Source: Phoronis australis
Lineage: Eukaryota > Animalia > Phoronida
Direction: 5' to 3'
Length of the DNA: 64,000 nt
Assembly (NCBI GenBank): GCA_002633005.1
Contig: NMRA01000011.1
Span: forward strand, 175,451-239,450
The notes below the pieces were generated by a model, which made no database searches, had not been told where the DNA came from, and saw nothing but the letters and a program-made list of their open reading frames with translations. Positions 63,691-64,000 of this stretch are shown piece after piece (positions within the stretch are counted from its first letter, which is position 1; every line of letters begins with the position of its first letter). The position numbers and the translations under genes were made by a program.

Positions 63691-64000
63691 CAAATGCATT
63701 ACGGGGACGCTTGTCGGCTCGTAAACGTCAGGTGGCATCATGCATCCGTGTTTTTTTTCATTTCCAAGTTCCAATGAATTTCGAACCTGGAAATATGTCG
63801 TTGAAAGTTATTTCCCTGTTTTTTTAACCTCGGGCATTGTTCCACGTTCAACTAGTCTAATTCTCTCAGTCGCAATTTAACATGGACGCTGGTTGACGCC
63901 CCAAGTTCACAATTTCATTGTTGACACTGTTGATAGTGCCGTCAGAAATTAGTCAGTGGTGGTGAGGCACTATTATCCCCTCAATGATTGCCCCCCCCCC

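Noticed and set aside
1-64000. CRISPR array or prokaryotic operon/defence system
   Set aside because: No regularly spaced repeat-spacer array and no gene-dense long ORFs. The content is eukaryotic.

Overview
This is AT-rich, repeat-dense eukaryotic genomic DNA, most likely from a marine invertebrate (inferred from the repeat content). I found no intact gene, rRNA, confident functional tRNA or CRISPR array. The main hidden structure appears when the short ORFs are read across their stops and frameshifts: about 35 heavily decayed von Willebrand factor A (vWA) domain remnants spread over the whole window, in blocks of alternating orientation. They look like the remains of collagen-VI/matrilin-like multi-vWA genes. 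These calls are by-eye matches to the vWA consensus and need a frameshift-aware HMM search. The remnants are interrupted by many non-autonomous transposons: Kolobok-type elements (TTAA TSD, one with a THAP remnant), Harbinger-like MITEs (CWG TSD), 5-bp-TSD MITEs, foldbacks, a Helentron-associated-like element, a Penelope GIY-YIG fragment and a CR1/L2-type LINE fragment. There are also unusual tRNA-containing DNA elements: one is a palindrome of two tRNA-like heads, and another has a hairpin core that is inverted between its two copies. TACATGTA footprints are frequent and differ between repeat copies. Three tandem duplications, each joined by a single N, are probably unmerged haplotypes (assembly artefacts). 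Boundaries of decayed features are approximate.
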